A stretch of DNA of 64,000 bases from Thermoplasmata archaeon (GCA_038729445.1 JAVYSA010000002.1:1064-65063), one strand, 5' to 3'; counted from the first letter of the stretch, positions 50,407 to 59,743 are shown. Made by a program: numbers and translations. The notes: generated by a model not told the origin, from the sequence alone.

Positions 50407-51312
50407 CTATCCCACTCCCCCGCCCATCAGGCGGGCCGCCTCGCGGTCGAGGAACGGGCCGACCTCTTCGAGAGGAGCATTTAGGCCGACGTACGGAGGC
50501 AGGCCGAGCATGTCGGAGAGGAGCCAGAGGACCTCGTACTCGTAGATGGTCCGAAGGCCGAGCCGTTCCATCGTTCGGGCGATCCGGGCCGAGCCGCGGG
50601 GGCCGAGCGGCCCGTAGCGGGGACGACGGCCGAGGGCGGCGAAGAGGCGGTCGGTGAGCTCCCGATACTCCCAGCGGCGGGGTCCGCCCAAGAGCAGGTT
50701 CCTCCGGGGGGGCCCTCCGAGCTCCCGCCGGGCGATCCGCGCGAGGTCCCGGCTGGCGAGCGGGCTCACATGGAAGTGGCCATCGCCGAACATCGGGAAG
50801 ATCCCGTAGCGGTGCATCAGCCGGAGCATGACGGTCAGGAGACGGTCCCCCGGACCGAAGAGGAGCGTCGGGCGAAGGATGAGGTAGGGGAGCCGGCTCG
50901 CCTCGAGCGCCCGGTCGACCCGCCGCTTCTCGGTCAGGTACGGGAGACCGGTCTCCAGCGGGCGGGGGGCCTGCGGAACGCTCAGGTGGAGGAACCAGGA
51001 CGGCCCTGCCGCCTCGGCGGCGCGGATGAGCCGGACCAGGCTGTCCGCCAAGGGGCCGAACTGTCGGGAGCGCCCCTCCCTGAGCCAGGCGAGCGTGACG
51101 ACCCCCTCGACCCCGTCGAGCAGGGGCCCCCAATCGCGGACGGCCGTGGCGTCGGCTCGGATCCATTCCACGGTCCCGGGGCCGTCTCGCTCCGCCGGGA
51201 CCGGACGGCGGTGGACGGAGCGGATCGCCCAGTCCTCGGCGAACTCCGCGCGCAGGGCGCGGCCGACGAGGCCACCGGTCCCGCCGACCACCAGGACGCG
51301 GAGTCCCGTCAT
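50407..51312 (-). CDS. NAD(P)-binding SDR/epimerase-family protein
   Basis: MTGLRVLVVGGTGGLVGRAL is a Rossmann GxxGxxG N-terminus. Start is ATG 51312, overlapping the lipB stop (ATGA). The track ORF extends to 51936. Confidence 0.75.
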   Translation of the reverse strand: MTGLRVLVVGGTGGLVGRALRAEFAEDWAIRSVHRRPVPAERDGPGTVEWIRADATAVRDWGPLLDGVEGVVTLAWLREGRSRQFGPLADSLVRLIRAAEAAGPSWFLHLSVPQAPRPLETGLPYLTEKRRVDRALEASRLPYLILRPTLLFGPGDRLLTVMLRLMHRYGIFPMFGDGHFHVSPLASRDLARIARRELGGPPRRNLLLGGPRRWEYRELTDRLFAALGRRPRYGPLGPRGSARIARTMERLGLRTIYEYEVLWLLSDMLGLPPYVGLNAPLEEVGPFLDREAARLMGGGVG

Positions 51313-51950
51313 GGACCGGCCGGCGCCGCGGCCGTCCGTGGCTCCGCGAAGACCGCCTGCCAGGCCCCGATGGCCGCCGGGAGCACCTCGTCGAGCCCGA
51401 TCGGGCGCCCGAGCTCCCGGGCCATCGAGGTCATGATGCGGCCGTCGAACCCACAGGGATGGATCCGGGCGAACGCATCGAGTTCGACGTCGACGTTGAG
51501 CGCAAAGCCGTGGAACGTCACCCAGTGCTCGACGGCCACCCCGAGGGAAGCGATCTTGCGTTCTCCCACGATCCAGACCCCGGGCCGTCCGCGCACGTGC
51601 TCGCCCCGCAGCCCGAAGGCGGCGAGGGTCCGCACGACCACCGACTCGAGGTCCCGGACGAATGCCCGGACGTCGTGCCCCCGCGCCCCGAGGTCGACGA
51701 TCGCGTAGCCGACCAGCTGCCCGGGCCCGTGGTAGGTCGCCTTGCCTCCCCGCTCGACCGGGACGACCGGAAGGCCCGAGGCCGCCGCGGAGCCGTCGTC
51801 GCCCTCGACCCCCACCGTCACGACGGCCGGGTGCTCGACCAGGAGGAGGGTGTCGGGAATCCGGCCCTGCCGGCGGTCGGCAACCTTGAGGCGCATCCGC
51901 CGGTGGGCCTCGGGGTAGCCGACCCGGCCCCACCACTCGGTCGCCGTCAC
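51309..51950 (-). CDS. lipB: Octanoyl/lipoyl transferase LipB
   Basis: LLLVEHPAVVTVG...VERGGKATYHGPGQLVGY...RKIASLGV...FHGFALNV...IHPCGF. GTG 51950 overlaps the lpd stop (GTGA). The track ORF extends to 53249. Confidence 0.85.
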   Translation of the reverse strand: MTATEWWGRVGYPEAHRRMRLKVADRRQGRIPDTLLLVEHPAVVTVGVEGDDGSAAASGLPVVPVERGGKATYHGPGQLVGYAIVDLGARGHDVRAFVRDLESVVVRTLAAFGLRGEHVRGRPGVWIVGERKIASLGVAVEHWVTFHGFALNVDVELDAFARIHPCGFDGRIMTSMARELGRPIGLDEVLPAAIGAWQAVFAEPRTAAAPAGP

Positions 51951-53383
51951 CGTCCCGCCGGCCTGCGTGCGACGTGCATCGGCTCGCCCAGCCAGAGCAG
52001 GGCGACCTCCTGCAGCAGTTCGCCGTAGGTCGGATGCGCGTGGATCGTCCCCGCGATGTCCCGCACGGTGGCCGCCATCTCGAGGGCGAGGCCCGCCTCC
52101 GCGATCAGTTCGCCGGCGGAGACGCCGGCCGCGTGCACGCCCAAGAGGAGCCCGGTCGCCTCGTCCCCGACCAGCTTGACCCATCCGTCGGTGGCGCGGT
52201 TCGCATGGGCCCGGCCGAGTGCCGCGTACGGGAAGCGGACCTCGCGCGGGTTGCCACCGTGGCGCCGGGCCTCCTCGAGGGTCCATCCGACGCTCGCGAG
52301 CTCGGGCTCGGTGAAGACGACCGAGGGGATCGCCTGGTACGACCAGCGGACGGGCATGCCGGCGATCGCCTCGGCGGCGAGGATCCCCTCCCGGTAGGCC
52401 TTGTGGGCGAGCATCGGCGGTCGGCCGACGTCCCCGACGGCGAAGATGGTGGGGACGTTCGTCCGGTTCTGGTCGTCGACCAGGATCCCACCCGTCCGAG
52501 GATCGGTCGCCACCCCGGCCTCCTCGAGGCCGAGGGAACGGGTGTCGGCCCGCTTGCCGACCGTCACGAAGAGGGCGGAGCCCACCAAGGTCTCGGAGGC
52601 GCCCTTCCGCTCCACCGTGAGCCGCAGCTCCTCCGGGCGGCTGCGGTCGAGGGCCGTCGCCTTCGATGACGTGCGGATCGTCACGCCCATCGCCTCGAAT
52701 CGCCGGGTCAGCTCGCGGGAGAGGTCCGGATCCATTCCCGGGAGAAGCTGGTCCATCATCTCCACGATCGTGACGGAGACGCCGACGCGGGCCAGGAACT
52801 CCCCGAGCTCGCAGCCGCTGACGCCCCCCCCCAGGATCAGCATCGACGGCGGCAGGGAGCGGAGGGAGAGCACATCCGTCGCGGTGAGGACCCGGGCGCC
52901 GTCCGGCTCGAAGCCTCGTAGCGGGATCGGCAGGGAGCCGGTCGCGATGACCGCGTGCCCGAAGTCGATCCGCTCCTGGCCCCCGTCCGGGCCGGTCAGG
53001 ATCGCGGAGCGTGGGCCGGAGAACCGGGCCTCCCCCGGCAGGACCGTCACTCCGGCCGACCGCAGCAGCGAGGCGACCCCCTGCTGCTCCTTCTGGACGA
53101 CGGATTCCTTCCAGGCCATCGTCCGCGCGAGATCGAACCGGAGCCCCGAGGCCACGACACCCAGGGTCTCCCCGTCCGTGCGGACCCGGTGGTAGAGCTC
53201 CGAGGCGTAGATGAGGGCCTTCGAGGGGATGCAGCCCCGGTTCAGGCACTCGCCGCCGAGCCGATCCTTCTCGACCAGGATCGTCTTGCGCCCGAGCTGG
53301 CCGAGACGGATCGCCGCCATGTAGCCTCCCGGTCCGCCGCCGATCACAAGGACATCCGTCGTCCGAGCGTACGTTCCCGCCAT
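51947..53383 (-). CDS. lpdA: Dihydrolipoyl dehydrogenase (E3)
   Basis: DVLVIGGGPGGYMAAIRLGQLG...LGGECLNRGCIPSKAL (redox CxxxxC)...ILGGGVSGCELG...IFAVGDV...HAHPTYGE. Start is ATG 53383. Confidence 0.9.
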   Translation of the reverse strand: MAGTYARTTDVLVIGGGPGGYMAAIRLGQLGRKTILVEKDRLGGECLNRGCIPSKALIYASELYHRVRTDGETLGVVASGLRFDLARTMAWKESVVQKEQQGVASLLRSAGVTVLPGEARFSGPRSAILTGPDGGQERIDFGHAVIATGSLPIPLRGFEPDGARVLTATDVLSLRSLPPSMLILGGGVSGCELGEFLARVGVSVTIVEMMDQLLPGMDPDLSRELTRRFEAMGVTIRTSSKATALDRSRPEELRLTVERKGASETLVGSALFVTVGKRADTRSLGLEEAGVATDPRTGGILVDDQNRTNVPTIFAVGDVGRPPMLAHKAYREGILAAEAIAGMPVRWSYQAIPSVVFTEPELASVGWTLEEARRHGGNPREVRFPYAALGRAHANRATDGWVKLVGDEATGLLLGVHAAGVSAGELIAEAGLALEMAATVRDIAGTIHAHPTYGELLQEVALLWLGEPMHVARRPAGR

Positions 53384-53390
53384 GACCGAT

Positions 53391-54470
53391 TCACCCCGTC
53401 CCGGCCCCGCCGGAGGACCTGGGTGGGGAGGTCGGGGAGGCCATGACGTCTTCGAACAGCGTGGCGGGGCCGGGCGGGGGGGTCCTCTCCGCCTCGGCGA
53501 TGGCCTCCCGGACACGACGGTCGGCCTCCTGCTCGATCGTCGCCCGCTCGGGAGCGGTGAGCCAGCCGACACGATCGAGCCAGTCGACGAACCTCCGCAC
53601 GGGATCGTGCTCGAGGGCCCGCCGGGACCAGTCCGGGGGCTGATAGCGGGACGGATCGTCCGAGCTGGAGTGCGGTGTCATACGGAAGACGCGCATCTCG
53701 AGCAGCGTCGGCCCACCCCCGGTCCGGGCGGTCTCGATGGCCCGGGCGAGCTCCGCCCAGACCGCGAAGAGGTCGGTCCCGTCGACGGTCCGGCCCGGAA
53801 ATCCGTAGGCGCTCGCCTTGTCCGAGAGCCGCTCCACGGCGCTCTGGCGCTCGGCGGGCATCGAGATCGCCCACTGGTTGTTGGCGCAGAGGAAGACGAC
53901 AGGCCAGCGGCCGACCCCGGCGAAGTTGAGCCCGGCATGGAAGTCGCTGGCGCTGGTCGCTCCGTCGCCGAAGCAGGCGAGGGCGACGGCGGCCTCCCGG
54001 CGCCGGCGCATCGCGAAGGCGGCCCCCGCCGCATGGGTGATCTGGGTGCCGATCACCGAGGACATCGAGACGTAGTGGACCTCGCGGGCGGTCGGGTGGC
54101 AGGGCATCTGCCGGCCGCGCGCCGGGTCCCGTTCCGTCGCGAAGAGGTGGTGGACGTACGCGCCGATCGGGTGACCGCGGACGAGGGCGACCAGCTGCTC
54201 CCGAAGGCCGGGGAAGATCCAGTCCTCCGGACGCGTGAGCAGCCCCGCGCTGATGTTGACGGCCTCGTGGCCCATCGCCGCGCCGTAGAATCCGATGCGC
54301 CCCTGGCGCTGGAGGGCCTGCATCCGGGCGTCCATCGCCCGGCTGAGGGCCATCCACGTGTAGACCTCGCGTGCCCGCTCCTGGGCCCGGGACCCCCAGA
54401 GGGCCTCGATCTCCGCAGCACGTGCGGGGAGGGGCAACGGAGGCGGTGTCGTCGATGCGGCCGGACTCAT
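53391..54470 (-). CDS. 2-oxoacid dehydrogenase E1 component alpha subunit, second paralog (no cognate beta next to it)
   Basis: LQRQGRIGFYGAAMGHEA...GTQITHAAGAAFA...CFGDGATSASDFHAGLNFAGV...LCANNQWAIS (TPP motif GDG...NN)...RMTPHSSSDD. Confidence 0.85.
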   Translation of the reverse strand: MSPAASTTPPPLPLPARAAEIEALWGSRAQERAREVYTWMALSRAMDARMQALQRQGRIGFYGAAMGHEAVNISAGLLTRPEDWIFPGLREQLVALVRGHPIGAYVHHLFATERDPARGRQMPCHPTAREVHYVSMSSVIGTQITHAAGAAFAMRRRREAAVALACFGDGATSASDFHAGLNFAGVGRWPVVFLCANNQWAISMPAERQSAVERLSDKASAYGFPGRTVDGTDLFAVWAELARAIETARTGGGPTLLEMRVFRMTPHSSSDDPSRYQPPDWSRRALEHDPVRRFVDWLDRVGWLTAPERATIEQEADRRVREAIAEAERTPPPGPATLFEDVMASPTSPPRSSGGAGTG

Positions 54471-55819
54471 GCCATCTCGGCGAAGAGGCGGTGCGGGTCC
54501 TCCAGGTTCGCCTTGACGACCGCCAGGAACTGGGCCGCGACGATCCCGTCGAGCACCCGGTGGTCGACCGAGACCGAGAGGTTCATCAGATCGGCCGGCC
54601 CGATCGCCCCGTCCGGTCGGTAGACCGGCCTCCGTTGGATCTTGTGGACCCCCAGGATCCCCACCTCGGGATAGTTCAAAATCGGGGTGGCGAGAACGCC
54701 GCCCAGGGCGCCGAGGCTGGTGATCGTGAAGGTCGAGCCGGTGAGCTCGGCCCGGGTGAGCTTGCCCTCCCGCCCCCGCTCGGCGAGGGACTGGATCTCC
54801 CGGGCGAGGTCGAGGATGCTCTTCGCGTCGACGTCCTTCACGACCGGAACGAGGAGCCCCTCCGGGGCGGCGGTGGCGATCCCAATGTGGTGTGCGGAGT
54901 GGACCAGCAGTTCCCCGCGGGCATCGTCGATTGTGGCGTTGAGGTTCGGCTGGGCCCGCAGTCCCGCGACGACCGCCTTCAGGATGAAGGGGAGGTAGCT
55001 CAGGCGGGCGCCTTGGCGTTCGATATGCGGGGCCATCCGCTCGCGAAGGCGGACCATCTCCGTCATGTCGACCTCCTCGACATAGGTGAAGTGGGCGGCC
55101 TTGTGCTTCGACTCCGTCATGTGCTCGGCGATGACCCGGCGGATCCCGCGGATGGGGATCCGGGTGATCCCGTCCGGACCGGAGGGAAGGGCCGGTGCGC
55201 TCGACGGTCCGGCGGCGGCAGGGGCGCTCGGCGTCGCGGGAACGGGGCGGCCGGCGGGAGCAGGGGGCGCCGCCGCGACCGCGGAAGGACCGCCGGCGGC
55301 CGCCTTCGCAAGATCCGCCTCCGTGATCCGGCCCCCGTCGCCGGTTCCGGTCACGTGGGCGAGATCGATCCCGCGCTCGGCCGCGAGACGGCGCACATAG
55401 GGCGATGCCAGAATCCGCCCGGTAAGGGTCCCTGCGGCGGCGCCGGCCGGGCGCGCCGGCGACGAGGGGGTAGCCGTGGGCGTCGACGGGGAGGGGGGAG
55501 CCGACAGGGATGCCGGGGCAGCGGGGGCTGGGGACTTCGTACCGGGGGGGACGGCCGAGGGGGCTCCGGCGCCGGAGCCCACGTCGATCGTGACGAGGGG
55601 GGCGCCGACCTTGACCTTGTCACCGACCTGGGCGTGGAGCCGAAGGACCGTCCCGGATTTCGGCGAAGGGATCTCGACGTTCGCCTTGTCCGTCAGTACG
55701 CTGACGAGCGGGGCATCCTCCCGGACCGTCCCGCCTTCCTGGACGAACCACTGGACGATCTCCCCCTCGGCGACGCCTTCCCCGATGTCGGGGAGACGGA
55801 ACTCGTACTCCATCGGCAT
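54467..55819 (-). CDS. Dihydrolipoamide acyltransferase (E2)
   Basis: Lipoyl domain EYEFRLPDIGEGVAEGEIVQW...LVSVLTDKANVEIPSP; Pro/Ala linkers; E3/E1-binding domain ILASPYVRRLAAERGIDLAHVTGTGDGGRI; catalytic SVSVDHRVLDG. Confidence 0.9.
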   Translation of the reverse strand: MPMEYEFRLPDIGEGVAEGEIVQWFVQEGGTVREDAPLVSVLTDKANVEIPSPKSGTVLRLHAQVGDKVKVGAPLVTIDVGSGAGAPSAVPPGTKSPAPAAPASLSAPPSPSTPTATPSSPARPAGAAAGTLTGRILASPYVRRLAAERGIDLAHVTGTGDGGRITEADLAKAAAGGPSAVAAAPPAPAGRPVPATPSAPAAAGPSSAPALPSGPDGITRIPIRGIRRVIAEHMTESKHKAAHFTYVEEVDMTEMVRLRERMAPHIERQGARLSYLPFILKAVVAGLRAQPNLNATIDDARGELLVHSAHHIGIATAAPEGLLVPVVKDVDAKSILDLAREIQSLAERGREGKLTRAELTGSTFTITSLGALGGVLATPILNYPEVGILGVHKIQRRPVYRPDGAIGPADLMNLSVSVDHRVLDGIVAAQFLAVVKANLEDPHRLFAEMA

Positions 55820-55824
55820 CCCTC

Positions 55825-56802
55825 CTAGCCCGAGCGGACGGCCGTGCGCGCCGCCCGGGCCACCCGGGCCGCGTTCGGGAGATACGCGTTCTCGAGGGCG
55901 TAGGGGAATGGGGTATCGTACCCGGTCACCCGTGCGATCGGTGCTTTGAGCGAGTAGAACGCCTTCTCCGCCAGGATCGCACTGAGCTCGGCGCCGAAGC
56001 CGCAGAAGCGGGCCGCCTCGTGCACGACGACCGCCCGCCCGGTCTTCTCCACGCTCGCCAGCACCGCCTTCTCGTCCAGCGGAACGAGCGTTCTCAGGTC
56101 GATCACCTCTGCCGAGATGCCGTCGGCAGAGAGCGTCTCGGCCGCTTCCGTGGCGACCGGGACCATCGCCCCGTAGGCGAAGATCGAGACGTCGGTGCCT
56201 TCCCGCACCGTGCGGGCCTGACCGAACGGCACGCGGTAGTCCCCCTCAGGGACCTCCCCGGAGACCGCCCGGTAGATTCGCTTCGGCTCGAAGAACATCA
56301 CCGGGTCCTCGTCATGGACCGCTGTGAGGAGGAGTCCCTTGGCGTCGGCCGGGGTCGACGGGATGGCGACCTTGAGCCCCGCGGTGTGACAGAAGTAGGC
56401 CTCGGTGCTCTGCGAGTGGTAGAGTCCACCCTTGATCCCGCCCCCGTACGGGGCGCGGATGACGACATGGCAGGGGTACTGGCCCCCGGACCGGAAGCGG
56501 AACTTGGCAAGCTCGCTCACGATCTGGTCGAACGCCGGGTAGATGAAGTCGAGGAACTGGATCTCGGCGACCGGCTTGAGGCCGTAGAGCGCCATCCCGA
56601 TCGCGGTGCCGACGATCCCGCATTCGGAGAGCGGCGTGTCGATGACACGCTCCTCGCCGAACTCCTTCAGGAGCCCGTCGGTCGCCCGGAAGACCCCGCC
56701 ATCGACTCCGACATCCTCCCCAAGGACGAGGACGTCCGGGTCTTGGCGCATCGCCTCGTGAAGCCCGCGGTTCACGGCCTGGACGATCGTCAGTTCGGTC
56801 AT
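55825..56802 (-). CDS. 2-oxoacid dehydrogenase E1 component beta subunit
   Basis: MTELTIVQAVNRGLHEAM...VLGEDVGVDGGVFRAT...RVIDTPLSECGIVG...EIQFLDFIYPAFDQI...HSQS. ATGA overlap with E1-alpha. Confidence 0.9.
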   Translation of the reverse strand: MTELTIVQAVNRGLHEAMRQDPDVLVLGEDVGVDGGVFRATDGLLKEFGEERVIDTPLSECGIVGTAIGMALYGLKPVAEIQFLDFIYPAFDQIVSELAKFRFRSGGQYPCHVVIRAPYGGGIKGGLYHSQSTEAYFCHTAGLKVAIPSTPADAKGLLLTAVHDEDPVMFFEPKRIYRAVSGEVPEGDYRVPFGQARTVREGTDVSIFAYGAMVPVATEAAETLSADGISAEVIDLRTLVPLDEKAVLASVEKTGRAVVVHEAARFCGFGAELSAILAEKAFYSLKAPIARVTGYDTPFPYALENAYLPNAARVARAARTAVRSG

Positions 56803-57881
56803 GGTCGGATGATCCCCTCCTGGATCGCCCGCAGGTACTCCTCCCGCTCCGCCTCGAGCTGGGGAGTCCGCTGGGCGAACGTGTCATCGAACAGGGTCTC
56901 CGGGGCCACCGGCGGGGTCGCTTCCGCCTTCGCGATGGCCTCCGCGAGCTCCGCCCGCACGCTCTCGAGGAGCTTCGCCTCCTCGTCCTCGGACCAGTGG
57001 CCCGAGGAGGTGAGACGGTCGCGGAGCCTCAGGATCGGGTCGCGCTTGCGCCACGCCTCCAGTTCCTGGTCGGTCCGGTACCGTCGGGGGTCATCGGACG
57101 TGGAGTGGGGGCCGAAGCGGTAGACCTGGGCCTCGATCAGGGTCGGCCCTCCCCCGCTCAGGGCCCGCTCCCGCGCCGCGTACACCGCCCGATAGACGGC
57201 TTCGACATCCGTTCCGTCAACGACGACACCGTTGAACCCGTACGCCTCGGCCTTCTGGGCAAGGGTCGGGCTGCGGGTCTGCCGTTCCCGTGGGAGGGAG
57301 ATGGCCCACTGGTTGTTCTGGCAGAAGAAGATCGTCGGGGTCCGGTACACCCCCGCGAAGTTCATGCCGGCGTGGAAGTCGTTCGAGCTGGTCGCCCCGT
57401 CCCCGAAGAAGGTCGCCGTGACGATCGGGTCCTTGCGCCGCTGGATCGCCATCGCCGCCCCCACCGCATGGGTGATCTGGGTCCCGATCGGGCTCGAGCC
57501 GACGACGATCCGGTGGTCCCGGAAGCCATAGTGGTTCGGCATCTGGCGCCCCTTGTTGAGATCGCCGGAGTTCCCCCAGAACTGGTCGAGAAGCAACGGC
57601 AGCGGGACGCCCCTCCAGAGCGGGAGGCCGATTTCCCGATAGGCGGCGAAGATCCAGTCGTCCGGGGCCAGGGCCACCGCGCAGCCGAACTGCGCGGCCT
57701 CTTGGCCCGACGCCGGCGCATAGAAACCGATCCGGCCCTGCCGCTGGAGGGACAGGCATCGCTCATCGAGCACCCGGGAGCGGACCATCCCGCGGTAGAG
57801 TGCCCGCAGCTGGTCGATTGGGAGCCCGGGAGGGGACGGGGAAGTCGGGGTCTCGGACGGGGGGGGGGCAGCCTTCGCCAT
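56799..57881 (-). CDS. 2-oxoacid dehydrogenase E1 component alpha subunit (first gene of the operon)
   Basis: LQRQGRIGFYAPASGQEA...GTQITHAVGAAMA...FFGDGATSSNDFHAGMNFAGV...FCQNNQWAIS...RFGPHSTSDD. Confidence 0.9.
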   Translation of the reverse strand: MAKAAPPPSETPTSPSPPGLPIDQLRALYRGMVRSRVLDERCLSLQRQGRIGFYAPASGQEAAQFGCAVALAPDDWIFAAYREIGLPLWRGVPLPLLLDQFWGNSGDLNKGRQMPNHYGFRDHRIVVGSSPIGTQITHAVGAAMAIQRRKDPIVTATFFGDGATSSNDFHAGMNFAGVYRTPTIFFCQNNQWAISLPRERQTRSPTLAQKAEAYGFNGVVVDGTDVEAVYRAVYAARERALSGGGPTLIEAQVYRFGPHSTSDDPRRYRTDQELEAWRKRDPILRLRDRLTSSGHWSEDEEAKLLESVRAELAEAIAKAEATPPVAPETLFDDTFAQRTPQLEAEREEYLRAIQEGIIRP

Positions 57882-57915
57882 GCAGAGTCCTCGGCGCGCC
57901 GCCGAACGGTGGTCG

Positions 57916-57923
57916 ATTTATAA
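57916..57923 (-). promoter_or_regulatory. TATA box (TTATAAAT on the minus strand) 34 nt upstream of the E1-alpha ATG
   Basis: Plus-strand gatttataacc. It is the only AT-rich island in the 135-bp spacer between the ABC-2 permease stop and the dehydrogenase operon. Confidence 0.55.
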
Positions 57924-58016
57924 CCTTGGGGGCACCGAGCGCCCGGCGTTCGACGGGGCCCCGCGGCCCGGGGGCGGGACCGGGAACTTCCGGCGCCCTC
58001 CGCCCGTGCGCATCGC

Positions 58017-58757
58017 TCAGCGCCAGCTCACGAGGATCGAGGGCCGGTCGAACTTCCTCAGGGCGACCCGGAGGAGCAGGTAGGCCGCCAGCGCGAGCAG
58101 CACGGTGAACGCAGCCTCCCCTTCCGGGCTTGGGAAGACAAGGAAGAAGAGGAGGATGCCCACCAGGATAGGAAGCACCACCACGGTGCCGATCTGCTGC
58201 GCGGCCCGGGCGTCCTTGGCCCAGCTCGAGATTGCCAGGATGGAAAACGTTCCCACGATGCCCAGCAGGGGGGCCTCGACCAGCATCTGGAACAGCGCGG
58301 AAGGAGTCGGCAGGAGGAGCGTCTGGGTCAGATGCCAGCCGACCGCGTCGACGACGCCGAAGAGAACGGCATAGCAGGCCCAGACGGCCACCACTCCCGG
58401 GACGAGGGGGGTCAGCGACTTTCCGAGAAGCAGCTCGCGGTCGCTGATGGGCGTCGCGAGGAGCGGTTCGAGCGTCCGTGTCGTCTTCTCCTGGACGATC
58501 GACGTCGAGCCGATGGTGATGGCCGTAAGCGGCGGGACCAAGAGAAGAAGGTCCAGGCTCAGGGCCGAGCCCTGGAGGAGGCTCGCCCCCGCGCCCGGAG
58601 TCCCGGGCGAGAGGGAGGCCGCGCGGCCCAGGGTGAAGGCGATCCCCTCGAAGAGCAGGAGGGCGGGAAGCGCGAACAGCGACAGGAAGACCGTTCGGTT
58701 GCCCCGCAGCTCCTCGAAATCCTTGCGGAAGATCTCCCGGACCCGGCTCCACCTCAC
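58017..58757 (-). CDS. ABC-2-type transporter permease
   Basis: (V)RWSRVREIFRKDFEELRGNRTVFLSLFALPALLL...EKTTRTLEPLLATPISDRELLLGK...six hydrophobic helices. GTG 58757 overlaps the ATPase stop (GTGA). The track ORF extends to 59243. Confidence 0.75.
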   Translation of the reverse strand: MRWSRVREIFRKDFEELRGNRTVFLSLFALPALLLFEGIAFTLGRAASLSPGTPGAGASLLQGSALSLDLLLLVPPLTAITIGSTSIVQEKTTRTLEPLLATPISDRELLLGKSLTPLVPGVVAVWACYAVLFGVVDAVGWHLTQTLLLPTPSALFQMLVEAPLLGIVGTFSILAISSWAKDARAAQQIGTVVVLPILVGILLFFLVFPSPEGEAAFTVLLALAAYLLLRVALRKFDRPSILVSWR

Positions 58758-59743
58758 GGGGACCCCTCCGCCAGCGGCACACCGGACTCCTGGACGAGCT
58801 TGAGGTAGACATCCTCCAGCGAGTGTTCCTGGGGGGCGACCCGCTGGATCCGGAACCCTCCACGGACCAGGGCCGCAACGACCTCGGGCACGTCCCGTTC
58901 GGGCTCCGCCGTCTCGACCTCGAGCTCCGGTCCTGTGGCATCGACCCGGAGCACGCCGGGGATCGCGCGGAGGAGGGAGGCGGCCTCGGGTCCCGGGGCC
59001 CCCGCGAGCCGGATCGCCGTGGCCCCCCCAAAGAGGCGCGACTTGAGCCGCTGCGGGGTGTCGAGGGCGAGGAGCCGGGACCGGATGACCGCGACCCGGT
59101 CGCTCAACCGGTCGGCCTCGTCGAGGTTGTGCGTCGACAGGACCACCGTGCGGCCGCGGTCCCGTTCGGCCGCAAGGAAGTCGCGGACCGCCTTCGCCGC
59201 CTCCGGGTCGAGGCCGGAGATCGGCTCGTCGAGGATGAGGCAAGGGGGATCATGGAGGAGCGCCCGCGCGATTGCCACCTTCTGCTTCATCCCCTTCGAG
59301 AACGTCGCGACCTTGTCGTCCCGACGCTCCCAGAGATCGAACCGCTCCAAGAACTCGCGCGCCCTCTCCTCGATCCGGGAGTCGGAGAGACCGTGGAGCC
59401 GGCCGAAGAAGCGCAGATTGCGCATCGCGGAGAGATCCTCGTAGAGCCCGGGAACCTCCGGCAGGACGCCGACCGCCTGGTGGATCTCCTCGAGATGCCC
59501 GGCATCGGTCGTCGGCCACCCCCCTACCCGAACCTCTCCCTCCGTCGGCCAGATGAGGCCGGCCATGAGGCGGATCGTCGTCGTCTTGCCGGCCCCGTTC
59601 GGTCCCAACAGCCCGAAGATCTCCCCGCGACGGATCGAGAACGACAGACCCTCCACCGCCGCCACGGGACGATCGTAGCGACGGGCGAGGCGGTCGACCG
59701 CGATCATCGCGCCAGGATCTGTCACGGCCACGATCGGACGCAT
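58754..59743 (-). CDS. ABC transporter ATP-binding protein
   Basis: GLLGPNGAGKTTT (Walker A)...FSKGMKQKVAIARAL (signature)...CLILDEPISGLD (Walker B)...LSTHNL. Alternative start is ATG 59707. Confidence 0.85.
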   Translation of the reverse strand: MRPIVAVTDPGAMIAVDRLARRYDRPVAAVEGLSFSIRRGEIFGLLGPNGAGKTTTIRLMAGLIWPTEGEVRVGGWPTTDAGHLEEIHQAVGVLPEVPGLYEDLSAMRNLRFFGRLHGLSDSRIEERAREFLERFDLWERRDDKVATFSKGMKQKVAIARALLHDPPCLILDEPISGLDPEAAKAVRDFLAAERDRGRTVVLSTHNLDEADRLSDRVAVIRSRLLALDTPQRLKSRLFGGATAIRLAGAPGPEAASLLRAIPGVLRVDATGPELEVETAEPERDVPEVVAALVRGGFRIQRVAPQEHSLEDVYLKLVQESGVPLAEGSP

